This document shows positions 11,912 through 24,200 of a DNA stretch of 64,000 nucleotides, piece by piece (position 1 is the first letter of the stretch; the number at the start of each line of letters is the position of its first letter). Below the pieces are notes generated by a model that was given only the letters and a program-made list of their open reading frames with translations, was not told the DNA's origin and did no database searches. A program made the position numbers and the translations under genes. This DNA is from Macrostomum lignano (Eukaryota), in the NCBI GenBank assembly GCA_002269645.1, contig NIVC01001758.1, forward strand, positions 166,757 through 230,756, written 5' to 3'.

Positions 11912-13535
11912 GGCAGCCGATCAAAAGGGCGACAGATGAAAAGGGCGACAGTTAAAAGGGCGACAGTCAAAAGGGCGACAGTCAAAAGGGCGACAGGGTA
12001 TTAGACCAAGAACTACTTAAGTGGAAGGACGGGAAACCTCGTTTCTTAGAAAATCTTAGAATCTTAGCAATAACAATTTTCGTGCTGACAATTACCAGCA
12101 AGTACTTGAGCTAGGTAAGAAAATTACATGTATACATGTACATGTAGAATGAAAAGAATGAGAAGTAAAAGCTAACCATTGTCATAATTCCTTCCTACAT
12201 GTATACATGCAAGGCACTTAAGGCCATCGTCCCGCACGCGAAACCAGAAGGCTTTGTCGTTGACTTTGAGGCTGCAGTTTGGAGAGCCATCTGAACTGTC
12301 TTCCCACAAGCATCTATTCGCGGATGTGTCTTCCACTACACGCAGGCTGTTTGGCGTCACATTCAGCAGCTAGGCTTGCAGCCAGCATACTGTGACGATG
12401 ATGGAACTCAGCGATTCTGCCGAAAGCTGATGGCGCTCCCCTTCCTGCCACCTCAGCATATTGCGATGACATTTTACTGTCTCCGCGTTGAGACTACTCT
12501 AACACCTCTCCTGTCTGCCCTGTGCGACTATGTCCAAGTGACGTGGATCACCAGCTCCATCTGGAACATCCATGACATCTCCGTATACAGACAGGTGAAG
12601 TTATGAAAAAAATCTGTTATATACCCAGAAAAATATCATTGCAATCTTGGAGAGAACTTGGAAAAGACAGTACAATGCATGTAAAAAGTACATGTACAAG
12701 TAAAGTGCACATGTAGGAGTAAAAGTGCACATGTAAAAGTGCACTTACATGTACATGTAGGAGTAAAAGTGTACTTAGGCACTGTTGCGGATCCAGAAAT
12801 TTTTTAACGGGGCCGGGGGACACAGAGTACTAATTAAGGTGCATGTTTATGCATATCATGGTGTACATGTATATGTACCTGAAAATGTGTACTTTCCATA
12901 GAAAAAAAGAAAAAATCAAACTCGACAGGGTGCGCGCGCCCTATGCACCCCCTTTAAATCCGCTACTGCTAGGCAGCCAGAAAAAATATATTTTTCTTTA
13001 CTTCAATAGGCGGTTAGGACCAACAACAACTTAGAGAGCTAGCATCGCGCTTTAAACTACAGAGCCCAGCGAGGAAACATCCAATTCTACCTGCTCATCA
13101 AGCTCCTATTCAATGAAGCGCGAATGATCCCCGTAGAGGTGCAGCTCCTCTCCCAAGGAGTAATGCGCCGCGTACAGCGCAACAGATACCAAAGTATGTA
13201 GGCCCAGTACTTCAAATACTGGAGAGAATTCAGGCGTAGCAACCACTCAGCGGATGATCTACTGAAGGCAGTTAGTGAAATAAATGGACCTCACTGAACC
13301 ACATTTTAACATTTAATAGTGTGTCCAATATGTGTCCAGCTTTTATACAACCCCATTTTAACTGCTCGTACAATTTTAACAATGCATTTTAACAAATACA
13401 AGTATGATACATGTTTACTGCTTTTAACAAATACTTTTAATGTACGTGGAACTCGTATTTTTGATATAAATACACTGTAACTGTCGCCCTTTTGACTGTC
13501 GCCCTTTTGATCTGTCGCCCTTTTGACCTGTAGCC
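11912..13535 (+). mobile_element. Mutator-like (MULE) transposon, non-autonomous, with intron-containing transposase pseudogene
   Basis: Perfect 9-bp TSD CCCAAAAGG (11903-11911 / 13536-13544); TIRs built of AAAAGGGCGACAG repeats. Remnant ORF ...FVVDFEAAVWRAI*TVFPQASIRGCVFHYTQAVWR...RKLMALPFLP...DYVQVTWI | RTNNNLES*HRALN...FYLLIKLLFNEA carries the MULE DFE, CxFH and RTNNxxExWH motifs; stops at 12292, 13040, 13199. Confidence 0.92.
12782..12968. mobile_element. Small MITE nested in the MULE intron
   Basis: Termini CTGTTGCGGAT / ATCCGCTACTG (9 of 11 inverted match); TAGGCA on both flanks (12776-12781, 12970-12975). Confidence 0.45.
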
Positions 13536-14712
13536 CCCAAAAGGTATTGCTAGGCCTAGGCCTAATAGTGATAAAATTGAACATCAAAGTATTGAAATTG
13601 TGCCCAACATGACACTGATCTAACCCAAGGCCTCTATTATATTTTATAACATTTTCACTTGGCCACTAACAATCACTAAGCTTAAGGCTAGGCCTAACTT
13701 GGCTAAGCTATATCATTATATTTATATCACAACTCAGTAGTAGTGCTATTGTATTGCTCACTCAGTATTGATTGTAGGCCCTATCACTTAATTATTATTA
13801 GCATACTTATCAATATCAGTTATTATTATTAATAGATAGACAATATCATTATCACTATACTATAGTATCAGTGACAGTGAGTGACAATAACATGGCATTG
13901 CCATTGGCATTAGGCCTACCAGATTGATCAGAAAAAATTGAGAAATAATAAAGAAGTGATATACTTATAACACGATACTATTGCTTACTCTATAGGCTCA
14001 TAGAGTAAGCAATAGTTACTTAGAAGAGATAGGGAATAGGAATGGCGGATAGTGTTATAATCTCCTCCAAGACAAACCAACGTAAAAAAATTACACTAGT
14101 TTGTCTCATTTGAATACGCACGCAATTTAACGTCTAACGTTCACAGTCGAACTTCACTCAACTCTAGCGTGCCCAATCAGTCAATGTGCATGGTGACAAT
14201 TCTCACTATTATCACTATAGAAAAACACATCATTGCTAATTTTCTACCACTTTGTTTTTTTTCATTATTGTCTCTTGTGACTACGAGTTAAAAAAAACTG
14301 CGCTGCCTCTGTTTATTGAATCTGAATCTCGTGCAACAGCTTGTTGCATTATTAATTAATACACATGTAACATTGCATTACGTACTTAGTTGTGCTGCAC
14401 TCGAGCGTACGTATTACCCCCCGGACACAACTTGGCTCCCCCAATCTTTGTTACATTGGTGGGAAGTGCGCTTTATAGTGCTTCGTAAAATTTCAGAAAT
14501 TACATCGAAATGATTGAATACAATCTTACATGAAATATTTATAATGAATAGAGAGCTATAGATTCGCTCAGGAAAGTTATCCCGGCTAAAAGATGCGATT
14601 TCTCTAGAGTATGTGTATACATATATGATGCCCAGCCAAAGGCGGATTTTGAAATATGATAAAAAGATACGCGGAAACCCGGCCGGTCGATCGCACTCAG
14701 CTTTCTATAGAT

Positions 14713-15085
14713 AAGGGGGCCGGATTTTAACCATCAGAGTGGGAGCGCCATATTATACAGTAGAGAGGCGCCATAAATACACTAGAGGGGCGCCATTATT
14801 ATGCACACAAGAGGGGCGCAAAATACACTTGAGGGCCCGGGCGTCATGCATATATTAATACACTATATAGAGGGGCGCCAAACTATACACTATATAGAGG
14901 GCGCCATACACTGACGGGCGCCATAAGTTATACACAAGAGGGGCGCCATGGCCATACACTGAGGGGACGCCATGCATAATACACTATGGGGCGCCATACT
15001 GAGCAAAATTAACTGAGGGCGGTAAGTTATTAGGACTTTTTTTGGATTCAATCGGGGCGCCATCATCGCCCACGCCCCCCATAAA
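14713..15085. repeat. Cluster of GGGGCGCCA motifs, MITE-like
   Basis: About a dozen irregularly spaced (G)GGGCGCCA motifs; begins GGGGCCGGATTT and ends CCCCCATAAATC (partial inverted ends only). Confidence 0.45.
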
Positions 15086-15455
15086 TCATGGCCGGAGGCC
15101 AGGGCCCAGCCCAGCCCATCCAGCCACTGCACCGCCGTGCAAGTGGCAGCTTACTCTTATCTCACATTGACATCCACAATGGATTTTGGTCATGATGACT
15201 CACACGCAGCCGTTCCTAAAATCCCTTAAATTATTGAATCTCATCCTCTCATGCATGCAACTTTCGATCGTTTCACGTGTCACCCCTGACCCCTTAGCGG
15301 AATGGGCGACTCTCGCCTCCCCGCTGCGTCTTCGGACTGCCCCCCCCCCTGACCCCCCAGTCTAGAGATGATGTTTGACCGCTTAGGAAAAATTCCAGGC
15401 AAACCAAGGTACAAAGGTATCCTTTAAATATTTATCGATTTAGACGCCAGCTTCA

Positions 15456-15527
15456 AGCAGAGTGGCGCAGTGGAAGCGTGCTGGGCCCATAACCCAGAGG
15501 TCCGTGGATCGAAACCACGCTCTGCTA
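15456..15527 (+). tRNA. tRNA-iMet: Initiator tRNA-Met (CAT)
   Basis: 72 nt AGCAGAGTGGCGCAGTGGAAGCGTGCTGGGCCCATAACCCAGAGGTCCGTGGATCGAAACCACGCTCTGCTA: A1:U72 pair, G:C-rich anticodon stem, CAT anticodon, initiator-type T loop GATCGAAA. Confidence 0.98.
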
Positions 15528-15530
15528 ACA

Positions 15531-15536
15531 TTTTTT
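15531..15536 (+). terminator. Pol III terminator (T6)
   Basis: TTTTTT 3 nt after the tRNA end. Confidence 0.85.
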
Positions 15537-17328
15537 AAAAACAATTTTCAGTTTCAGATAAATCGTGCTAATAAAGTCAAAACGTTTTAAAAGGAATATT
15601 TTTTTAGTATTGTCATCAAAACTAGTTTTTTTTATACTCTAGTCTAGAGTGGTAACGAACGTATCTACTGCATGGAATGTAACATTATGCAGCTTTTTTA
15701 AATGCTCAAAGCCATGCTTTCTATACATATCGGCAATATTGCGCGCTGGGCGCTGCGCTATGGGTCGAGTGGGAATAATGAATTGTTGGTAATGGAAAAT
15801 CAAAATCAGATTGTGAGTATTTTTGGATCTATTATCAAAAGGAGTATTAAACACTTAATATTTAGGAAATACATTAAAATAACAATTTTAGTTCCGTTCA
15901 GATAAGATAAAGAAAACGGTTTAGAATAAAAAAAATTTAAGGAAACTAGTAATTGAAGATTAATATTCTTTTGTTGCTACTTTTAGTACAGTGGATTAGC
16001 AATGTGGAGTTTGAGAAAAAATTACTTCGTTTCAACAAGGATTTTGGCAAAGAAACACTTTCGACAATACAATTAAACACGCGTTTTGGGCGTTTGTGTT
16101 TCAAAATGTGTGCTTTTGTTCAACAATGGTCCCCTTCTTAGGACGCAGATTGCAGCGATAGAGGCTACGGTAGTAGTCTTTAAACGAAAATACATTAAAC
16201 AAAAGCACACCTTCCTTTCATTCTTCAAATTAATTTGAGAAACTAGGGTACTCTGTGGCGTTTAAAAACAATACTTTAGACAAGCGACTTCAAATATTTC
16301 TACTAAATTTTGTTTTAACGAAACCATTTTTACATTAGAGAGGGAAAGGGACCGTGCAATTAAGGGTTTTTTGCCAATTCAAGATTGGCATAAAATATAG
16401 CATGCTCAACAATGAATACAGCCAACAATTTCATTAACATTTGATTCTCGCATTGAGAGTTGAGCTCGCAATATAAGCTATCTGAGACGACAAATGAGGC
16501 ATGCAATGTCTTGCTGTTGCTCTAAGCTACCTATTTACCTCTGTTTCTTGATTTAGGCTCAAGTTTTAGTGCAGAGAAACTAGCATTATCGCCCCGTTGT
16601 ATTATTTACACTGAAAAGCTCAGCTCAGGAGAGCAGATAGAGGTTAACGCGAACAGTTGAGTAATTGTCAATTGCTTCGTCGGTCGCAATCGAGCTTCTC
16701 AAGATGAGAGAGGTAATGAAGAGGTGATGAGGGGGCAGGCGGGGGCTGTCCAACCCTCTCTCCCTTACTCAGCAGTTTGTACATGGAATAATAGGCGGCG
16801 TGGAGCCAGCCATGCAGCCTCGAGGGCATGGGGGTTTGTTTTATGCTTGCTGCTCGAAAACTCGAAAACAGAGAGAGGAGGGGGTTCGGGTTACGAAATA
16901 GAAAAAACGAGCGAGAGATGGTTGAGACCAACGGAGACGAAGTTATAAAGATCGAGAGCGCGAGAGAGAGAATCAAGAAAATAGCAGCCCCAGTTCTCTG
17001 CGTCATTTCTTTCTCTCATTTTCAGTTTACGTCAGCCTCGTCTTCACAAAAAAGCACGCTTCTCTTCATCTTGGTCAGTTCTCATTCGCTAGCAGCATTG
17101 GACACAACCTCACGGCCCTGCTCTACTCGGGTTCTCGACAAACGAGAGGAGAGCGCGGGCAGAGAGTCGGGCTTACTCCATTGTCAAATACTCAGCAGCA
17201 GTTGCAGACTCTCCGTTCGGGCCTGACTTCGGAACCGTTGTAAGCCGCTCTTGCTACCCTAGAAAAGTAAGAGACTTACTGCTAAGTTCAACCGATTGTC
17301 AGCTTTAAAAAACGTTGGCAGTCCCTGA

Positions 17329-20300
17329 ATGGCGGCCTCTTCTTCTCAGAGTCCAGCTGAATCGCCGATGATGCCGTCCCTGCGACGTCGCGCCGAAGTG
17401 CGCGTCGGCCAACTACCGGCGTTCGGCAACTTTCAAGACTTCCCAGACGATGACAGCAGCTCAGCCGAGACTGCCGCTTCGATGCCAGCCTCATGTCGGC
17501 GCTACCAGCACAGACGAGCCGCCGCGGAGGCCAATCAGCAACAGTCGCGACGACCGCGGGCGGTGCCAACCCGGCGGCTGACGGTTCGTAGGCGGTGCTC
17601 CGAGTGGACGTCAATGACATTCTCAGCAACTGTGCAGTTGGACCTCACCGGGGTGAGCGACATTCGTGCCGAGGTAGCCTATCACGGACAGGCCAGCGGT
17701 TGTCCTAAGAGCGACTCGAGCAAGAACCAGTCTGATGATGTCGAAGACAGGGAGCGCAAACCGACGTCAGGCTTAACGTCTGCAACGACGTCGACAAGCT
17801 CCTGGGGCGGCCGGAGTCGATTTGTACAGGTGCGAAATCCGCTGTGCGTGCCGCGCTGCAGCGACAATTTGGGCACCTGGCGCACCTGCATGGTGCCTAT
17901 TGCCGATTTGGAAAGATGTGAGTCTAATTAACGAGCATGGGATAATTGTAATTATGATTAGCTCCCAGCGATAGGTCTTTATTGTAATTATCGTGACTAT
18001 ATTTAATAAATTTTCTATCTAGGACAGCTGAAACAGAAGGGCACTGCTTGCAAAAAATGCTTTCTCGAAAATTGGATTTTTTCAATTTTTTGAACACCGA
18101 ATCACCGTCTAGACTGAGGATTTCAAATAAAGCAGGCAAGTGTTTAGTCCGAACCGAAGGTGCGCTCACAAATTTGTCAAGAAAAATTTAGACAGAATAT
18201 TATTGGATAGCGGCAACGCTAAAAAAATAGAAATGAAATGATGATGTGAAGTGTCGTGAATGTGAAGTGTATGATATGATATGAAGTGTCGGAGATATGA
18301 GGTGTCGGAGATATGAAGTGTCGGAGATATGAGGTGTCGGAGATATGAAGTGTCGGAGATATGAAGTGTCGGAGATATGAGGTGTCGGAGATATGAAGTG
18401 TCGGAGATATGAAGTGTCGGAGATATAAGGTGTCGGACTGTCGGAGATATGAAGTGTCGGAGAGATGAAGTGTCGGAGATATGAAGTGTCGGAGATATGA
18501 AGTGTCGGAGATATGAAGTGTCGGAGATATGAAGTGTCGGAGATATGAAGTGTCGGAGATATGAAGTGTCGGAGATATGAAGTGTCGGAGATATGAAGTG
18601 TCGGAGATATGAAGTGTCGGAGATATGAAGTGTCGGAGATATGAAGTGTCGGCGATATGAGGTGTCGGAGATATGAAGTGTCGGCGATATGAGGTGTCGG
18701 AGATATGAAGTGTCGGAGAAATGAGGTGTCGGAGATATGAAGTGTCGGCGATATGAGGTGTCGGAGATATGAAGTGTCGGAGATATGAGGTGTCGGAGAT
18801 ATGAAGTGTCGGAGATATGAGGTGTCGGAGATATGAAGTGTCGGAGAAATAAGGTGTCGGAGATATGAAGTGTCGGAGATATGAAGTGTCGGAGATATGA
18901 AGTGTCGGAGATATGAAGTGTCGGAGAAATGAGGTGTCGGAGATATGAAGTGTCGGAGATATGAAGTGTCGGAGATATGAGGTGTCGGAGATATGAAGTG
19001 TCGGAGATATGAGGTGTCGGAGATATGAAGTGTCGGAGAAATAAGGTGTCGGAGATATGAAGTGTCGGAGATATAAGGTGTCGGAGTTATGAAGTGTCAG
19101 AGATGTAAAGTGTCGGAGTGCAATGCTTTCCATGCTTTCTAATTTTTTAGTTTCTTATTCTAAGAGCTCAACGAAAATTATGATTGGTTAGCAGCAGACG
19201 ATGCTGGTTTAGTGAACGACCGAACTCCGATCCATGGTATTTCGTTGTTCTCTATAGTGTAGCTTTGCCCAAAGCCCCTGGATTTTGCACGCATGACTTA
19301 ATTAATTAGTTTTTTACTGTCTCAACCCCAAAACTGATCTTGTTCTCGACAATTTTTAAAGAGAAAAAAACCTACGACATGCAGACTCCACGCAGTGGCT
19401 GGAGTAGCTACGAGAGTCAAGTTTTCCTGTATCCTCTGCTGCAGCGGTCGTGTCTGATCGAGTGCAAGAATCGCATTGCACTCGGGATGGTTGCGCATTT
19501 AGCAGCCTTTTACTTCCTTCTTTCTATTTAATTAATCAGCTTTATTCGTCTCTCTAGCTTAGTGCCTTCTCTAGACGCATAAAAGACAGACATGAAAAGG
19601 TGCGCTAATTAAAACTTGCGGGCCTAAAACTAACGCAATTGTTTTGAAAGCTGGTTTTCAACTTTAATTGATGGATTATTAGCTTGTAATTATACTGTAA
19701 ACTACGCTCTTCTTGGAATATACTAGCAGTCAAACTTAAGAGACTTCATCTGAATGGCTCCCCAGAGCAACAGACACGAAGATACGTTAGTTTTTTTGCG
19801 TCGTGCCTCGGGAGCTGTTTAGCCGTTGAGCTATCTATTTGCTCAAGTACATGTCCACAAACGAACATGAAAGTGTGAGCTAACAGGAAATCAGACACTA
19901 ACAAACTGGAGGGGTTGACATGACTAAAGCGGTCCTCGGACGGTACCTCTTTCTGCTCAAGTAGCACTGATGGCACTGACTGCCGCAACCGGCTATCGCC
20001 CGGACAGCTCCTAGAGCCGAGCCACCCGCTGCAGCAGAGTCTGCAAGCTGTAGGTCTCTGCATTCTCTGCCTTGAGTAGGTTGTCACGTCAGTCCGGGGT
20101 AGCTGCAGGATTTTAAAGTGGATGTCTCGGCGAGTTTTGCCAACACGGGATTCTCGGAATCAATCATTCACGATCGAAAGCGTTCATTTTATCAATCGTT
20201 AACGATAGAAAATCGATTAGAATAAAAACGATTCACCGCCGAAGGGACATGGCAGATTTTAAAATGTGCAGAGCCGTATGCGCAAAAGAGCACGTGTGGA

Positions 20301-21156
20301 AAAAACGATAGCAAACACAAGCACAAAGGCGCAACCCGGCCTCACACGCAAACCTCACAAAACTAAAGCTGGGAATTAGACTGAGTCGGCAGAATATCAA
20401 AGTTTTGCTATAGCAAGGGGTCGGCAAACATTTGGACCGCGAAGCCTCTCTATCCGGTCCTCGGGTCCGTTTAAACTTCACAATAGCAAACCGGCCAGCA
20501 TATGGTTTACACTCAGCAACATTTAAAGTTTCCACCTTAAAACCAGCTGGGGTCAACCAGTGGCTGCTTTAATCCAATTCTAGCCATAACCCTCCACTCT
20601 CTCCTCACCAGCCTATGCTGGGCATTGTGACGCAAATTGCATCACCCACAATTGAGACGAGTAAATCACGTCGCTTGGGGTTGAGATCTGAGACAAGTTG
20701 ACCACTGGTTTCTTTAGCATGTTGCTGAGTGTACATGTACGAGCGTATGTCTCTTCTTGGCTCTCTCTTCAATTCTTCCCCTCTACTCTTCTCTCTCTCC
20801 TCTTTCCCCGCTTCTCTCCTCTCCCCTCTCATCTCTCTCCCTTTAAGCTGCCGGCGCTTCCACGATGGTGTCCCTTCCGATCTGGCTGCGCCCCTGACTT
20901 AAAATACTTCAGAGTAGCTACGATCAAGACGTAACTGTCAAGTTATCCCTCATATCGGTCTATCTGATTTGTACCGATCTGTGTCTGCATAACGCAAGAC
21001 AGCGACATTGCTAACCGCTCCAAGCTCTTTAAGCACTGTAATTTGCGAATTTCCCCAACAACAACTATTTCTGTGGCTCTCTAAAAAGGGACGCTATAAA
21101 GAGGAAAAGGAGAAAGATGACGAGGGGGGAAGGTGGCATCAAGGCTACTGACTAAG

Positions 21157-21249
<93 letters not shown>

Positions 21250-24200
21250 AGGAAAAACCGGGGAATGTTTTTGCAATCGGAGGATGACCGCAGAGTAAGA
21301 CAGAAAACGCGTTAATAATGTTGCTTTGACGCTGCCGTTTGGAGAGGAGAAAATAGGCAGATCAAAGGCGAGTTCGTCGGCTCTAGCAGGAGCGATCCCC
21401 CCTACCCAGCATCCCCCGTTGGATTGTGTTCCTCCCCTTCTATAGCAACCTGCCAATTTGGGGATACGTAATTATGCGATTCCTCAAATTTCTGGCCAGA
21501 GGCCTAGCCATGCAGCCATAGCAATCAGTTCTACCTCTGTACATAATGATCCGGCTTTTCTATAGCCCCGACTAATAACCTGCAGCGCTGTCTTCGTATT
21601 TGTAAGCAGAAGCTGAACCGTTAATGCGAGCGTCACTCCCTGTACAAATTCTGTCTAATTGGAAGGCTTGCTTTCCTCCTATAGTTTCCAGTTTTTGTCT
21701 TCGGGCGATAGCGATTGTTTAGCGGGGTTGTCAACTGCTCTGCGCGCTGAGAATTCGGTGGGTCCACCAGGAGATAAATAAGTCTCGGGCCACAAGAGTA
21801 GGTTGGAAAATTCCCACTAAGGGTTTGGAAGGGCCCTCTTGTAGCTGGGTGTCTTTACTTCAAAGATCTCAACCATTATCATGGCTTGACTCCACCAAAC
21901 CGCCTGTGGTCCTGCGGTCTCAGAGTTCTGTTGAGAGCGCCAGTCACCTGGCGCTGAATGCGTTCCTATGCAATATAGAATCCTCAATTCCTGGTGGGTC
22001 GCACTGACAGGGTATCAACTTCTAGGGCTCATGTCTTCCAGGTACGTCGCCCTTCGTGGAATCCAGCTTCTTGGTACGAGGCCTTCCGGGTGGTCCATTT
22101 ACCTGTTCCCTGCTCAGATATAGGTTCAGATATAGGAGCGGTCATCTTCTTCACGGTCTCCATGCTCCTTCAAGACAATTAGTGCAGCCACGATCTCAAG
22201 CAGACCGTCTTTACGGCCGATAGTTATGGAATGCTACACTGCTACAGTCTTACAGAATCTGATGACCGTGTCATGTCAGTCTGAAACTCTTGGATTCTTT
22301 GTGTCAGCTCTCTTTGTCTCTTAGTGTTTGTCTTGGTTTCGGACACTGTCTTTCTTGGTGTTTGTCTTGGTTTGTCTTGGTGTTTGTCTTGGTTTGTCTT
22401 GGTTTGTCTTGGTGATTGTCTTGGTTTGTCTTCGTGTTTGTCTTGGTTTGTCTTGGTGTTTGTCTTGGTTTGTCTTGGTGTTTGTCTTGGTTTGTCTTCG
22501 TGTTTGTCTTGGTTTGTCTTGGTGTTTGTCTTGGTTTGTCTTGGTGATTGTCTTGGTTTTTCTTCGTGTTTGTCTTGGTTTGTCTTGGTGTTTGTCTTGG
22601 TTTGTCTTCGTGTTTGTCTTGGTTTGTCTTCGTGTTTGTCTTGGTTTGTCTTGGTGTTTGTCTTGGTTTGTCTTGGTGATTGTCTTGGTTTGTCTTCGTG
22701 TTTGTCTTGGTTTGTCTTGGTGTTTGTCTTGGTTTGTCTTGGTGATTGTCTTGGTTTCTCTTCGTGTTTGTCTTGGTTTGTCTTCGTGTTTGTCTTGGTT
22801 TGTCTTGGTGTTTGTCTTGGTTTTGGACATCCTTGGTCGCAGAGCTTTCCTTAAGTCCCTTTGGTACCTGACGTTGTCTCCTTAGTGCTTTTCACCTCGA
22901 ATTATTTTTCTCTTTCACCAAGTCTGTCTGCAAGGCCACTCTGTCTTCCAGTACGTATAGAACTCAGGAAGTACCGATGCACTTTTTAAAGTATCAAATC
23001 CTCTTTATTCTCGTCTCCCTTGCACAAAATCCCTTCCGGGAGACGTACCTCTGAATTTTTACATTGCGCCATTTCGATCAGCCAAGTTGTCTGTCCCACC
23101 ATCGAAAATATTGTCTTTTACAGTTGCTCGCCAGAGGAGCAGATAGGCGAAATCCGGAAGTGCTTAGTAGCAACAGACGAGAGTCATTATTCGTAGCTTT
23201 CCCTCAGCTATCTCAAAGCCGGCCTTGAGGATATTTGCACTAAAAATTGATAAAATCCCAGGCCATCTCTGACTGGCAGGGAAACACGATCGAAGCAATT
23301 ATCGAAAATTGCGCTTGGAAGAAGAGCAGAGCTGCAGCATCCCGGGGAGAAGGAAGGATAGCAAAAATGCGATAGAAGAGACAGCAACTGCAGCGAAGAG
23401 TCCTGAATAGGACCCTTGAGCCGAGCTTTCTAGGCCCCTCTATCAGAAATTTTCATGTTATTACCGCACTCTCCTATTTCAAGCCGACGCATCTCCGAGT
23501 CGGTACGAATGTACGTTGGTTAGTTGGAAACTATATTAGGACTAGTAGAAAGTGCAGAAATTGCTTAGAAAAGTGCAGCCTGCCCACATCCTCCAAATCC
23601 CACAATGTTACACTTCACAGTTTAAATCATCAATAAAAACTCACCGCAATTTCAGTTGCATTTATGAAGCCGCCCCGTCAGCGCTGGCGGAATCTGGCCC
23701 AGCCGAGCCACACTGATGAGACCGTATTCACGCTGATGAGCTACAACATACTCAGCGACCAGTATGCCTCTGCCAAGACCTACTGGTACTGTCCTGACTG
23801 GGCCCTGGCCTGGTCATACAGACGGCAAGGCCTGATGGAGGTCATCTGCTGTCATCTGCCTTCGGTGCTGTGCTTGCAAGTGAGTGATTCACTGACGTTC
23901 CGACAGTCCCTCCCAGGTCATCCCCGACAGTCCCTCCCGGGTCTTCTCCCGATAGTCTCTCCCGGGTCTTCTCCCGACAGTCCCTCCCGGGTCTTCTCCC
24001 GACAGTCCCTCCCAGGTCATCTCCCGACAGTCCCTCCCGGGTCTTCTCCCGACAGTCCCTCCCGGGTCTTCTCCCGAAAGCCCTCCCGGGTCTTCTTCCG
24101 GCAGTCCCTTTTCCGTCTTCTTTGGACAGTCTTTTTCAGGGCCTTTGTTAAATATTTATTGTTATAAATTCAACCCAACATAGCAAAATATTGCGTGGTA

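Noticed and set aside
17329-17931. Stand-alone 200-aa gene
   Set aside because: Better explained as CNOT6 exon 1 because of the in-phase donor at 17918; not fully excluded.
18219-19133. 304-aa ORF
   Set aside because: Entirely the 16-bp minisatellite read through three phases.
20414-20465. hAT-Charlie-like terminus CAAGGGGTCGGCAAAC
   Set aside because: No matching opposite end or TSD found.
22321-22885. Hydrophobic or Lys/Thr/Gln-rich ORFs on both strands
   Set aside because: Products of the pentamer satellite.
21750-23450. GC-rich stretches as extra CNOT6 (LRR) exons or a retroelement ORF
   Set aside because: The frames examined by hand contain stops and no recognisable motif.
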